A DNA stretch of 64,000 bases from a plasmid. Location of the stretch: the NCBI RefSeq assembly GCF_053078305.1, contig NZ_CP166875.1. One strand, 5' to 3'. Of the stretch, positions 49,545-60,172 are shown piece after piece. Within the stretch, counting starts at the first letter, position 1, and the number at the start of each line of letters is the position of its first letter. The notes beneath the pieces were generated by a model. That model was not told where the DNA came from, ran no database searches, and saw only the letters and a program-made list of their open reading frames with translations. Both the position numbers and the translations under genes were made by a program.

Positions 49545-50264
49545 TCACGCCGCCTCCCGGAGTTTGTTCGGCACCATCCACCGCTCCATCTCACGGACAG
49601 CGTGACCCGCCTCCCTTGCTGCCATACCTGCCTCTGCGATGACCTGCCAGAATGGCATATCCTGCCACTGCCAGCGTTCCATCCCGGCCAGTGACGGAAA
49701 ACGCTCACCCCACTGCCAGAACAGGGTTTCCAGGTCATGCTCTGCCACCCGGTCACTCCAGCGTGCATACCAGCTTCCGACTGTTTCCGGTGAATGGAAC
49801 GCCAGTTCGATTTCAGCCTGAGCGACCAGCGTCTGGTACGCACGGGCTTTCTGCTCTGCCTCCCGTGCCTGCTGGCGGCTGTACTTCTGCATGACCAGCA
49901 CGGATTTATGGCGACTGCGTTCCCTGACACGGAACCGCACCGACGGGAACAACCGCTCTGCTGCATCACCGGGAAGGGGAAGGAGGCAGACCTCGCCCTG
50001 TGTTTCAATCAGCACATCGACGGCATACAGCCACTGAGAACGGTTGCCGCGCAGTTCTTCTGCGGTCAGGGACGGCATGAAAAATCGCAGGTCAGACAGC
50101 GAAATCCTGCGGCTTCCGTTCAGACAGCGGAAAAACGCCCCCGCATACGGATATTCCGCCAGCGTGTTACCCTGGTGGCGGCGTTTTTCTGTCTCCGCCA
50201 CCGCCCGCCATGCGGCCTGTTGCTCTGTGCTGAGAGGAACCAGTGCCTGTGAACGTGCGCTCAT
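49545..50264 (-). CDS. psiA: PsiA plasmid SOS-inhibition protein
   Basis: 239 aa matching remembered F PsiA. Confidence 0.9.
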   Translation of the reverse strand: MSARSQALVPLSTEQQAAWRAVAETEKRRHQGNTLAEYPYAGAFFRCLNGSRRISLSDLRFFMPSLTAEELRGNRSQWLYAVDVLIETQGEVCLLPLPGDAAERLFPSVRFRVRERSRHKSVLVMQKYSRQQAREAEQKARAYQTLVAQAEIELAFHSPETVGSWYARWSDRVAEHDLETLFWQWGERFPSLAGMERWQWQDMPFWQVIAEAGMAAREAGHAVREMERWMVPNKLREAA

Positions 50265-50695
50265 GCCTGACCTCCTTCCGCCATCAGGATATGGATGATG
50301 TCACTGACGCTGTATCCCTGTTCATCCAGTGATGCCGCCAGTGCCAGTGAATGGCTGACAGCTTCCGGTGCAAACCGCCGCTGCACCTGAACCACCGCAA
50401 ACGGCTCACCACCGGCATTCACCAGAACCAGCACCCAGACCTGAGAGACATCGCCCGGTGAACATAACGCCAGGTGAAAACGTTCGTGGGCAGGCGTGAA
50501 ACGGACCTGGACGGGGAAAAAGCCGCCGAACTCGCTGCCGTACTCGCCATTCATCGTCCAGTTGTCCGGCGCATCCAGTTCCCGCATCACGGCGTGTGTC
50601 AGCTCACGGCGTTCATCACTTCCGGCAGCCCGGATATCTTCATATTCCTGTGCGCTCATGGTCTGTAATACATTCAGGGTCAGTTCAGTTTTCAT
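50261..50695 (-). CDS. psiB: PsiB RecA inhibitor
   Basis: [66 protein letters not shown] matches F PsiB. Confidence 0.9.
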   Translation of the reverse strand: MKTELTLNVLQTMSAQEYEDIRAAGSDERRELTHAVMRELDAPDNWTMNGEYGSEFGGFFPVQVRFTPAHERFHLALCSPGDVSQVWVLVLVNAGGEPFAVVQVQRRFAPEAVSHSLALAASLDEQGYSVSDIIHILMAEGGQA

Positions 50696-50749
50696 CACGG
50701 TATCTCCCTTGCTGCCGCCCCGTCTCCGGCGGGGCGGTGTGGTTGTTCA

Positions 50750-52708
50750 TCAGGCGGCATCAGCCAGGTTATCGGCGCGTTCAGTGGCATCCGTCTGTGG
50801 ACGTGGTGAACCCATCCAGCCAGGCACCCAGCGGTTGTCTTTCATGTGGAACTCTGCATGTTCAGCGGCATCGCCTTTCTTCATCTTCTCCGCGTCCCGT
50901 GCGGCACCGGACAGTCCGGCATCATTCAGGGCATCGATAATCTGCGGCTTTTTCAGGTGACCGAAGAAGTTTGCTTTTGTCGGCTGCCACCAGTCACGCA
51001 TGTGAAAGCCGATGGCGCTCTCCAGCGAGTCCAGCGGACTGCGTGACGTGTGACCATACTCGCGGGTCTGAACGCCGTGGATGCTGCACGCGGTGCAGAA
51101 ACTGAGCAGTGATAACAGCACGTCCTGGCTGAGTGACAGGAACGTCGTCATGTCCCGTGCCCATCCCTCCGGTAACAGGGCAGCAAGACGGGCTTTTTCT
51201 GCCATCATCGCCATGAATGCGGCACCGTCCTTCCCCGATGGCGCATCGCTGGTCAGCGAATAATGTTTACATTCCAGGCTGATTTGTGCTGGTTTACTGT
51301 ACGCTCCGCTGCCAAACACATTCAGGCAGAGCGTCCATGCCAGCAGTGCCAGAGATTTGTCCGGTTGCTGCATGAGTGCCGCCTGGACTGCCAGCGTGCG
51401 TTCGGAAGACATTTTCGTCAGCAGTGGCAGACTGATTTCCTCCACTGACGCTTTCTCCTGCACCTGTTCCGTGCGGTCAGCGTCGTCAGTCACGTCATCT
51501 TCACTGCGCAACTGCACACCACGCTGGACACACACATTACCGTAACGCCAGGACACCACCACGCCACTTCCGGCACGCATCTCCGGCGTCCACGCCCTGA
51601 CCTTCGCCATGCAGTCAATCAGCTTCATTTCTGCTGCCAGCAGGTCAGATTCCTCACACTGGTTTTCCAGCGCGTCGTAACGCATCATCAGTTCGTTCAG
51701 GCGTTCTTCTTCTGCCTCCGTCAGCACCGCTTCCGGCTCCGGCAGGTTGCGGTATGCCCGGGAATCTTCACGGCACTCACCGACAGGCTCCATGCGTCCG
51801 GCGCACCATTCCCAGCCTTCGGCTTCCCGAAGGTGTTCAGCGACAGCCTGGAGTTTTTCCAGCAGGGCGGCATCGAGCGCCACGCAGTCCACATAGCCAC
51901 CCTCGTCATCGCTGAACAAATCAGTACGCAGTTCGTCAGGTGAGAAAGCATCAGCCCCCACGAAGCGGAATTTAGTGTTGTCCTTCACCGCCACTTCACT
52001 TTCCGTAATCAGATTGCGGATAACCCGCACATCCGGTTTACCGCCCCATCCTGACTGGCAGGCCGCTTCAAACACCTGCACCTGACGCGCGGTGTCGTTC
52101 TCCAGCGCCAGCGCCTGACAGTGCTCGGTGGTGATGCGGTCTTCTGCCAGCGCATCGAGGATGACAGGCGCAAGGTCTGCCAGTTTCAGCATTCGCTGAA
52201 CGTGGCGGGGCGAATAACCCAGCAAATCACCGATTTGTGCAGGTGTTTTGCCTTCCTGCGCCATTGCACGGAATCCGGCAATCTGTTCGGCAGGGTGCAT
52301 ATCCCGACGATGACCGTTCTCGGTCATCGATGCGGCAGTCGCCAGCTCCTGCGGAATGACCTTCACACGGACAGGCCAGTCAACCTGAATGATGTCACGC
52401 TCTGCCAGCATGTTGAGTGCTGCCAGTCGGCGACCACCTGCGGCGACACCGTAACGGTCACCTGGCAGGGCATGAACAACCAGATTCTGTAACAGGCCGA
52501 CACCTTTAATGGAGTCCGCCAGTTCGCTGACGGACTCCGCAGAATACGGCACCGTGCGCACATTCAGCGGAGACTTAATCAGCGAGGCCAGCGGCACGCT
52601 CACTTCCTCCGTCTGCGCCAGCAGGGCCGACAGGACTGTTTCCTGCGTTTTTGCAGGTTTACGGCTGGATTTACGCTCCGTTTTTGCCTTAGACTCTGTA
52701 ACTGACAT
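50750..52708 (-). CDS. ParB-like nuclease domain protein of leading region
   Basis: ~652 aa with N-terminal ParB/Srx fold motif; position between ssb and psiB as in F. Confidence 0.8.
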   Translation of the reverse strand: MSVTESKAKTERKSSRKPAKTQETVLSALLAQTEEVSVPLASLIKSPLNVRTVPYSAESVSELADSIKGVGLLQNLVVHALPGDRYGVAAGGRRLAALNMLAERDIIQVDWPVRVKVIPQELATAASMTENGHRRDMHPAEQIAGFRAMAQEGKTPAQIGDLLGYSPRHVQRMLKLADLAPVILDALAEDRITTEHCQALALENDTARQVQVFEAACQSGWGGKPDVRVIRNLITESEVAVKDNTKFRFVGADAFSPDELRTDLFSDDEGGYVDCVALDAALLEKLQAVAEHLREAEGWEWCAGRMEPVGECREDSRAYRNLPEPEAVLTEAEEERLNELMMRYDALENQCEESDLLAAEMKLIDCMAKVRAWTPEMRAGSGVVVSWRYGNVCVQRGVQLRSEDDVTDDADRTEQVQEKASVEEISLPLLTKMSSERTLAVQAALMQQPDKSLALLAWTLCLNVFGSGAYSKPAQISLECKHYSLTSDAPSGKDGAAFMAMMAEKARLAALLPEGWARDMTTFLSLSQDVLLSLLSFCTACSIHGVQTREYGHTSRSPLDSLESAIGFHMRDWWQPTKANFFGHLKKPQIIDALNDAGLSGAARDAEKMKKGDAAEHAEFHMKDNRWVPGWMGSPRPQTDATERADNLADAA

Positions 52709-52773
52709 AGTTAGTACCTCCCAAAACGGTAATAATGATTGTCTGCCGGACGCGTTCCCGTCCGGCACCTCTC

Positions 52774-53049
<276 letters not shown>

Positions 53050-53064
53050 TCACAGTCAGGCCAG

Positions 53065-53592
53065 TCAGAACGGGATATCGTCTGAAAATCCGTAATCCTC
53101 CCCCTCCGGCGGCTGAGGCTGAGGCTCGGGCTGCGCGGCCTTACGTCCACGGCCTTTCGTTTTCGCGCCACTTTTTTTCGTCGCGTCAGCACTCTGTGGC
53201 TGCCCATTCTGCTGAGGCTGCGGTTGTGCCTGAGCGTTCTGCTGTGGTGCAATCCCCAGCATCTGCATGGTGCCCGTGGTCTTAACAAGAATTTCAGTGA
53301 CGTAACGGGTGATACCGTTATCTTCCCAGCTACGGGTTCGGAGTTGCCCCTCGATATAGACCTGCGCGCCCTTGCGCAGATATTCACCAGCCACTTCCGC
53401 GAGCTTGCCGAACAGCACCACGCGGTGCCATTCCGTCTGCTCCCGCATCTCCCCCGTCTTTTTGTCGCGCCAGCTTTCTGATGTGGCCACCTGCAGGTTT
53501 GCCACTGCGCCCCCGTTGGGGATGTAACGGACCTCCGGATCATTGCCCAGACGCCCGACGAGGATGACCTTGTTGATACCACGTGCACTCAT
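53065..53592 (-). CDS. ssb: plasmid single-stranded DNA-binding protein
   Basis: [25 protein letters not shown]-fold; acidic C-terminal tail DDIPF. Confidence 0.9.
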   Translation of the reverse strand: MSARGINKVILVGRLGNDPEVRYIPNGGAVANLQVATSESWRDKKTGEMREQTEWHRVVLFGKLAEVAGEYLRKGAQVYIEGQLRTRSWEDNGITRYVTEILVKTTGTMQMLGIAPQQNAQAQPQPQQNGQPQSADATKKSGAKTKGRGRKAAQPEPQPQPPEGEDYGFSDDIPF

Positions 53593-53739
53593 GAGAACCT
53601 CCTGACTGAAAGATGTGAGATAAACCGGATACCGGAGACGGGACGTTCATATGCCCCTTCAGAGGAGCGAAAGCTCCTCCTGCCGTCCACTTCTTCGGGG
53701 TTTCTCCCCGCAGTGGACCTTTCCGATGGGGGCCCGTTT

Positions 53740-54010
53740 ACCGCCTCACGGGACAGCTGTCCGGGGGCGGACGCAAAATTTTTTGCCGGGTTCATGGCTA
53801 AAAATTTTGTGGCCGGTATATCTTCCCCTGGACTGATGGAACGGGAGGTGGTTACGTCTGCCCCCCGGAAAGTCCACAGCGGGAAACAGGCCGCAGAGGT
53901 GGCGGCAGAAGAGGAGCGCAGGCCACGGCGCGACAAAGGCGGCGCGACCGTTCCGGTCGCTGCAAGCCCGGGTTTTCACGCATCGGACCGTAGCGACAGC
54001 CCGAAACCGC
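53740..54010. promoter_or_regulatory. GC-rich hairpin repeat, copy 2, upstream of ssb
   Basis: homologous to 48330-48720. Confidence 0.5.
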
Positions 54011-54292
54011 GCCAGCGGGTTCGGCGGAGACTGGCGGGTGCGCCAGCAGTTGCCTGTCGGAGTCGGGCCTGACGACCGGATGCCGCCAGGCAGCCGGGAG
54101 CCGAAGGGGCGCATGTGTAAGAAGGTTCTTTAACGACAGGTCTGTAACAGGTACTTCCTGAAACAACGCCTGTCACCAACAGGAAGGGTAACGGGCGACG
54201 CGCCAGCGTGGCCCGCATCCCTTCCGGCAGGCGCCAGCCTGCCAGGGGTTTTCGCGCGGGCTGACAGGCGGCCTCCACCGCCTACCCCTGTA

Positions 54293-54484
54293 TCACCTGT
54301 GCCTGCTGCCCTGAAGGATGTAGTGACCACCGAGGAAAACCGCCTGCTGATTCGCCACAAAATCACAGATTTCATCAACAATCTGCGCGGTGGTGAGCGG
54401 TTTCTGCCCCATTTCACGACGCCGCGCATTAATCACGGCTTTGTAATTGCGCAGAATTTCGCGGGTTTCCGTGCTGATATTCAT
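54293..54484 (-). CDS. hypothetical small protein
   Basis: 63 aa ORF. Confidence 0.35.
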   Translation of the reverse strand: MNISTETREILRNYKAVINARRREMGQKPLTTAQIVDEICDFVANQQAVFLGGHYILQGSRHR

Positions 54485-54903
54485 TACCCGTTCTCCCCGT
54501 CCAGCGCCTGACGCATTACCCGCATAATCTCACGTTCTTCCCTGACAAATGCGTCACCGTCGCCCCCGTTCTCGCTCCCTACAGCATGGAGGCGATAAAT
54601 TTCACTACCAGCCATCACCATCACTTTTTCCAGCAGCACCGCAGGGACTGTTACAAGACGGTTTACGCGCTTTTCCTCCATCAGTTCATTGACAATATCG
54701 GAAACAACTCTGTCACATGCGCCATATACAAAAGCATCGTCCAGCCGCTGCATGACGGTTTCCAGCTCATCGTCTGACAGGTTCCAGTCCCGGGCTATGT
54801 GGCGCACATCCCCGCGGGTCAGCACCACGGCAAAAACACATTCACTGTCCGGCACGTCTGTATTCAGCACTTCGCGGATAATTTCTTTAACAGTACAGTA
54901 CAT
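54484..54903 (-). CDS. hypothetical acidic protein (paralog of 56437-56871)
   Basis: shared LSD.E..TV..RL.D and VTVPA.LL motifs with 56437-56871 product. Confidence 0.5.
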   Translation of the reverse strand: MYCTVKEIIREVLNTDVPDSECVFAVVLTRGDVRHIARDWNLSDDELETVMQRLDDAFVYGACDRVVSDIVNELMEEKRVNRLVTVPAVLLEKVMVMAGSEIYRLHAVGSENGGDGDAFVREEREIMRVMRQALDGENG

Positions 54904-54949
54904 GTTCTCGTCTCCTTTACAGGGGCGGCATTGCCGCCCCGTCCGTTAA

Positions 54950-55375
54950 TCAGTCCAGTGCCGCGTAAATCGCGTTACATTCGGGGTGAAATTCGATGTG
55001 GCTCCACAACTGCGCATCGCGCATCCGGTAAAGCTGGGTCAGTCCTGCATCCCCGCTGTCGTGGTACAGCCACAACTGGCGGTTAATCACAAGGGAAGTC
55101 AGGATGATACCTGCGGCATCAGCACTCACAGTGCGGTCAAACCAGTTTTCACCGTTGACCAGATGAAAACGGTCGCCATCCGGCATCATGTAACCGCCAC
55201 CGTCCGGCAGGCGGATGAAATGCCAGAAGCCTCCCTGATATTCCGGCATCATTTTTTGCGCCAGCGCGTACACATACGCCTCGGCATACAGAAAATCGTT
55301 GCCAAACAGGTAAGGCAGAAAGGAGAGACGGTCGCACTCTTCAACGTTCAGAGTGACAGATTTCGCATACTGCAT
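54950..55375 (-). CDS. klcA: KlcA/ArdB-family anti-restriction protein
   Basis: 141 aa from [30 protein letters not shown]; family assignment from memory. Confidence 0.6.
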   Translation of the reverse strand: MQYAKSVTLNVEECDRLSFLPYLFGNDFLYAEAYVYALAQKMMPEYQGGFWHFIRLPDGGGYMMPDGDRFHLVNGENWFDRTVSADAAGIILTSLVINRQLWLYHDSGDAGLTQLYRMRDAQLWSHIEFHPECNAIYAALD

Positions 55376-55621
55376 GGGATTTCCTCCGTTGTTCACATAT
55401 TCCGCGACACCGGGCGGTGCCGTGCCTCCAGAAAAGCCGGGCGATAAGGCGGGGATGCAAGGGCGCAAGGGAAGCCGCAGCCTGACGCACACGGCTGGCG
55501 GGAGTTGGAGGGTGAGACCGCGAAATCTGAGCGGGTGAACGACCGGAAAATCACGGCAGACGGGAAGGAGGGACCGGGTGACCGCCGCGTGCATTTTACC
55601 CTTGCATCCCCGCCAGCGTCA

Positions 55622-56392
55622 TCATTTCCGGATTTTCGCCAGTGCATCCGCCATGCTGCGGATTTCATCCCGTGCCTCCAGAACAACCTCCCGCAGAATA
55701 TCCCTGTCAAACCAGCGACGGGACGGTTCATCCGGTATACGCAGCACATCACAGACCAGACCACTGGCCAGGATATGCTCCACACACTCACAGACCAGGT
55801 ACATTTCCACCGCCGAAAAACGGGCGCCACGGTTCAGAATGGCATCGAGCACCACGGGCAGATTTTCGTCATCTTCATCAAGCCAGCAGGGGTAATCGCT
55901 TTCCTTCACGACCAGACGAAAGCGGCGCGTCTGGCGGGTCAGCAACGTCTGACCGGTGGTGGTCAGCGCCGCCCGGATACGCCGCGTATCTTCTGCCACC
56001 TGGTAACAGATGCTTCGTACTGCATTGCGCACCGCATCAAGAACTGCCCTGATTTCTTCCTCCGTCAGCCATTCACCGGCATACGGGAAAGACACCTGCG
56101 TTCCGTCTGCCGGAAGTACCGGCAGCGCCTGCCACTGGCTGCCGGACAGAACAAGTTCCGCTCCGGTTCCGGTCAGTTTCTGAATGGCGGAGGCCAGGTG
56201 CGGCGGCAGTACGCCATCATGGCGGCTGATAAGTAACGTCGCCAGCCGGGATATATCCAGTCGCACATAAATGCTGATCCAGCCCGGATAGTGCGGATTC
56301 AGTTGTTCAATATCCGTCTCTTCCGGCCAGCCCTGCGCCAGCAGCAGGTTACGGGCGTGGCGACAAACCAGTGCATTCAGCGTTTTGTTCAT
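55622..56392 (-). CDS. hypothetical protein
   Basis: 256 aa ORF from MNKTLNALV. Confidence 0.45.
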   Translation of the reverse strand: MNKTLNALVCRHARNLLLAQGWPEETDIEQLNPHYPGWISIYVRLDISRLATLLISRHDGVLPPHLASAIQKLTGTGAELVLSGSQWQALPVLPADGTQVSFPYAGEWLTEEEIRAVLDAVRNAVRSICYQVAEDTRRIRAALTTTGQTLLTRQTRRFRLVVKESDYPCWLDEDDENLPVVLDAILNRGARFSAVEMYLVCECVEHILASGLVCDVLRIPDEPSRRWFDRDILREVVLEARDEIRSMADALAKIRK

Positions 56393-56436
56393 GATTAATG
56401 GTCTCCCTGAATCGCCGCCCGAAGGCGGCGATAACA

Positions 56437-56871
56437 TCAGTCGTTTTCGTGTGTGTTGTTTTTCAGCAGGGCGCGGGCCTGATTAACCACCGCCTGACGG
56501 CGGGTGACGCATTCCGGGACGACGAGGCCGTTATCACGGGCGTCCCACTCACGTTTCCACAGTGCCTGTTCGGCGGTCTGAATCAGGGACGCCAGCAGTT
56601 CAGCCGGGACGGTCACCTGGCGGTTTTCGCTCACGTTGCTGATAATCTCCATCGCCACGCCGGAAGAAATACCGGACTCAGTCCGCTGGTCTTCCGGGAT
56701 GTCCTCCAGGCGCACCAGGACGGTCCTGATTTCATGATCGGACAGGGAAATATCCATTCCGTCAGCGAGGGCCTGAATCTCTTCCGGGGACCAGACAACC
56801 AGCATCAACGGCGTGTCTCCCGGATACTTTACTGCCAGCGCCCGGCAGAGCGTTTCGCATGTTCCGTACAT
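56437..56871 (-). CDS. hypothetical acidic protein (paralog of 54484-54903)
   Basis: 144 aa, shared motifs with 54484-54903 product. Confidence 0.5.
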   Translation of the reverse strand: MYGTCETLCRALAVKYPGDTPLMLVVWSPEEIQALADGMDISLSDHEIRTVLVRLEDIPEDQRTESGISSGVAMEIISNVSENRQVTVPAELLASLIQTAEQALWKREWDARDNGLVVPECVTRRQAVVNQARALLKNNTHEND

Positions 56872-56882
56872 ACTCTCTCCCC

Positions 56883-57104
56883 TCAATCTTTGAAGCAGGA
56901 ATCCAGTTCCAGAATTTCGGTATATGCCTCCATCAGGAGGCGGTTTGCGCGAAACAGCGTCTGACGCACCAGACGTTCCGGCAGGGTGTCAGCATTAAAG
57001 CTGTACCGCCGCTCCATCTCATTCATGGTTGTACGCAGGTCGCACATGGCATTGGCCACCTCCGCCACTTCGGCGCGAAGGTTTTCATGTCCGGCATAGT
57101 TCAT
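56883..57104 (-). CDS. hypothetical small protein
   Basis: 73 aa ORF. Confidence 0.35.
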   Translation of the reverse strand: MNYAGHENLRAEVAEVANAMCDLRTTMNEMERRYSFNADTLPERLVRQTLFRANRLLMEAYTEILELDSCFKD

Positions 57105-57788
57105 TTACGCAGCCTCCGGCATAAACCAGTCATCATTTGCGGCCCCCTGCTGCATGGCCCGCTGTACGGCAGCCAGACGTTGCTGTCCGGCACGGTGATA
57201 CTGCTCAAGCAGCTCGATACCGATATACCGGCGTCCGGACTGGAGGGCGGCGACGCAGGTTGAGCCGCTGCCTGCAAACGGGTCCAGCACAATCGCGTTC
57301 GGATGTGTGAAGCTCTCAATCAGTGGTTGCAGGCTGGTAACGGGCTTTTCCGTCGGGTGATGGCGGTTGCCCGAATATTTCCAGCCCAGCACATCCGGCA
57401 GCGGGTTACGGGGCCGGGCCGGACTGCCCTTTGCCAGGATGTAAGCGCATTCGTGGCGGTACGCGACATACACAGATTTGGATGTGTAGTTTTTGGTGAA
57501 GACCAGGTGCCCAACCACGCTGAATCCGGCGCGTTTCCAGGCCGCCATAAAGCGGTCAATACGGTGCCAGCCGTAGAAGCTGACCATCAGCGCGTCTTTT
57601 TTGAGTACGCGGTACATCTCATTGCTGGCAGGTTGCAGCCAGTCATCATTAACGTCACCGGCAATGGTGCGCCCGGAACGGTCACGGAAACCGACGAGAT
57701 ATGGCGGATCGGTTAATATGAAATCAATGGCGTTATCAGGAATCGTGGCCATAACACGCACGCAGTCACCCAGGATAAAACGGGACAT
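57105..57788 (-). CDS. orphan N6-adenine DNA methyltransferase
   Basis: DPPY catalytic motif, FAGSGSTCVAA AdoMet-binding motif, no adjacent restriction enzyme. Confidence 0.8.
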   Translation of the reverse strand: MSRFILGDCVRVMATIPDNAIDFILTDPPYLVGFRDRSGRTIAGDVNDDWLQPASNEMYRVLKKDALMVSFYGWHRIDRFMAAWKRAGFSVVGHLVFTKNYTSKSVYVAYRHECAYILAKGSPARPRNPLPDVLGWKYSGNRHHPTEKPVTSLQPLIESFTHPNAIVLDPFAGSGSTCVAALQSGRRYIGIELLEQYHRAGQQRLAAVQRAMQQGAANDDWFMPEAA

Positions 57789-58171
57789 AACAGCTCCTTC
57801 TCTTACAGAGGGCACCGGGAGGGCACCCCTGTGGTGCCCGTTCCCCGCTGCCTGTGGGCTGTACACCGCGTCCGGTAACGGGTCAGGCCGACCGTGGAAT
57901 ACCGCAGCCGTCGTCTTTTTGACGGCAAGGTTATGCCGCGAAAGCGGCTTGAAGGGCGTTCATCAGAAAAGGGCGACGGGCTGGCGTACACTGTCACCGA
58001 CGCCAGCCGGGAGCGGTAAAAGCGCCCGTCCCGTGCCCGGCCGGACGCGGGACACTGACCACAGGCAGCGTTTATGCCGCGCCGCATCAGCCGGCGCAGT
58101 AAAAAGAGGAGCACAGCGACATCCTTTACCGGAAAAGAAACGGGCGGTTGCCCGCCCGTCTCCGTCATACT

Positions 58172-59098
58172 TCATCCGCCATAATGCGCCACCTTGTCGA
58201 CTATCCACGCAGGTCCGGTGACTTCCGGCAGCTCATCGTCATCTGTCGGGGAAGACCATTCCAGTTCCCCCCACAGCACATCAACGAGCTCTCCGCGCTC
58301 ATACAACTGCCAGCCACAGAAATCACAGCCCTGTTCGGCATACCAGTGCTCCAGCGTGCAGCTGAAACGGCGGCTTAATTCTGCAATAACGTCGCTTTCC
58401 GGCTGACACCACGGCGTGTCGAAATCAACCTGAATGAAGTTGTCTCCCTGACTACTGATATTCACCTCATACCCCACAGGCCACTTCACGCCATACCGTT
58501 CCGTATACCAGTGATATGCAGAAGGAACACCGTTCAGAACACCACCGTTAAAGCCATTCACTTCAACATCCAGGCGGGTCGGCAGAACCGTCAGCAGGTC
58601 AAACGGCATGGTTTTTTCCGGCAGTACGTTGTCACACAGACGGTTCCACCACACCGATACATCCTCGTTACTCCAGAAGCCACACCAGTCACCTCTTTTT
58701 GCGGTGAAAAGTGCGGTGATGGTATCCCTGACATCGTCCGGTAATCCTTTCCAGCGACGCTGTCCAGTACCGCTCTGCAGCCAGAGTTCATGCAGCATCA
58801 GGCAGTTTTGCTCATCCAGCAGTACACCGTCCTGCAGGTGTGTCAGCCAGCGGGTGAACGCGATATTCTCCGGCGATACAACGCCACGTCCGGCAGCCGT
58901 CAGTCCGGGGCATGGTTCAAACCGCACATCTTCAGTGGTCTGCAGAAGTCCGGCACTTCCGGCCAGAAACAGCTGAATACCTTCATTTGTGGCGCGGCGA
59001 TAAAGCGGTGTGACTGCACCGCTGGCCAGTCGTTTAATCTCAGCAATCTGTGCCGGTTCACCAGAAAAATGCATACGATTTGAGCACCAGTTTGGCAT
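58172..59098 (-). CDS. hypothetical Cys/Trp-rich protein
   Basis: 309 aa from MPNWCSNRMHF; no recognised catalytic motif. Confidence 0.45.
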   Translation of the reverse strand: MPNWCSNRMHFSGEPAQIAEIKRLASGAVTPLYRRATNEGIQLFLAGSAGLLQTTEDVRFEPCPGLTAAGRGVVSPENIAFTRWLTHLQDGVLLDEQNCLMLHELWLQSGTGQRRWKGLPDDVRDTITALFTAKRGDWCGFWSNEDVSVWWNRLCDNVLPEKTMPFDLLTVLPTRLDVEVNGFNGGVLNGVPSAYHWYTERYGVKWPVGYEVNISSQGDNFIQVDFDTPWCQPESDVIAELSRRFSCTLEHWYAEQGCDFCGWQLYERGELVDVLWGELEWSSPTDDDELPEVTGPAWIVDKVAHYGG

Positions 59099-59450
59099 GG
59101 GAATTCTCCTCTCACATGCGGCCTCCATCAGGCCGTGCCGCACCTGTAACCGGGCGACCGCATACGAATGCAGGTGCGGCCCCGAAGCCGCATCGCGTGG
59201 AGGAGGAACGACGAAACGTGACCGGGTGAGGAGGCTGGCGACAGCGACACACTTGCATCGGATGCAGCCCGGTTAACGTGCCGGCACGGCCTGGGTAACC
59301 AGGTATTTTATTCACAGAACCGTGCGCAAAATGCTGTGGATAAGCTGGACACAGCAGTCCACAGCAGGCATACAGCCACCCCCTCAGAGAATTGAGCGTT
59401 TTTTAGTCACAATAATGACATTTGACTGTGTGGATTCAGTTATTAGAATG

Positions 59451-59466
59451 CTGTATATACATACAG
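59451..59466 (+). promoter_or_regulatory. LexA box CTGTATATACATACAG upstream of impC
   Basis: matches CTGT-N8-ACAG SOS box consensus. Confidence 0.75.
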
Positions 59467-59489
59467 CAATAGAAAAGGGAGATGAGAAC

Positions 59490-59738
59490 ATGATCCGCAT
59501 TGAAATTCTTTTCGACCGCCAGAGCACAAAAAACCTCAAATCAGGCACACTTCAGGCGCTACAGAATGAAATCGAACAACGTCTGAAACCACACTACCCG
59601 GAAATCTGGCTGCGTATAGACCAGGGCAGCGCCCCGTCTGTATCTGTCACAGGAGCCCGCAACGACAAGGATAAAGAACGTATCCTGTCTCTGCTGGAAG
59701 AAATCTGGCAGGACGACAGCTGGCTGCCTGCAGCATGA
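59490..59738 (+). CDS. impC: ImpC
   Basis: 82 aa MIRIEILFDRQSTKN...; first gene of impCAB. Confidence 0.75.
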   Translation: MIRIEILFDRQSTKNLKSGTLQALQNEIEQRLKPHYPEIWLRIDQGSAPSVSVTGARNDKDKERILSLLEEIWQDDSWLPAA

Positions 59739-60172
59739 GTACCGTTTATCACCGTCCGGCTGACCCTTCAGGCGATGACAGTTACGTGCGACCGTTGTTT
59801 GCCGATCGTTGCCAGGCCGGTTTTCCTTCGCCTGCCACTGATTATGCTGAGCAGGAACTGGATCTGAACAGCTATTGCATCAGCAGACCTGCAGCCACCT
59901 TCTTTCTGCGCGCCAGCGGTGAATCGATGAACCAGGCTGGCGTGCAGAATGGTGATCTGCTGGTAGTGGACAGGGGCGAAAAACCACAACACGGGGACAT
60001 CGTTATCGCTGAGATCGACGGTGAGTTCACCGTCAAACGACTGCTGTTGCGCCCACGCCCGGCACTGGAGCCGGTTTCAGACAGCCCGGAATTCCGCACA
60101 CTGTATCCGGAAAACATCTGTATTTTTGGTGTTGTCACTCACGTGATACACAGGACGCGGGAGTTACGCTGA
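59735..60172 (+). CDS. impA: ImpA/UmuD-like self-cleaving mutagenesis protein
   Basis: 145 aa, LexA-like S24 peptidase motif GESM...K. Confidence 0.85.
   Translation: MSTVYHRPADPSGDDSYVRPLFADRCQAGFPSPATDYAEQELDLNSYCISRPAATFFLRASGESMNQAGVQNGDLLVVDRGEKPQHGDIVIAEIDGEFTVKRLLLRPRPALEPVSDSPEFRTLYPENICIFGVVTHVIHRTRELR

Noticed and set aside
55622-56437. This ORF as PsiA
   Set aside because: The real PsiA, matching the remembered F sequence, is at 49545-50264 directly downstream of psiB; this ORF shows no similarity to it.
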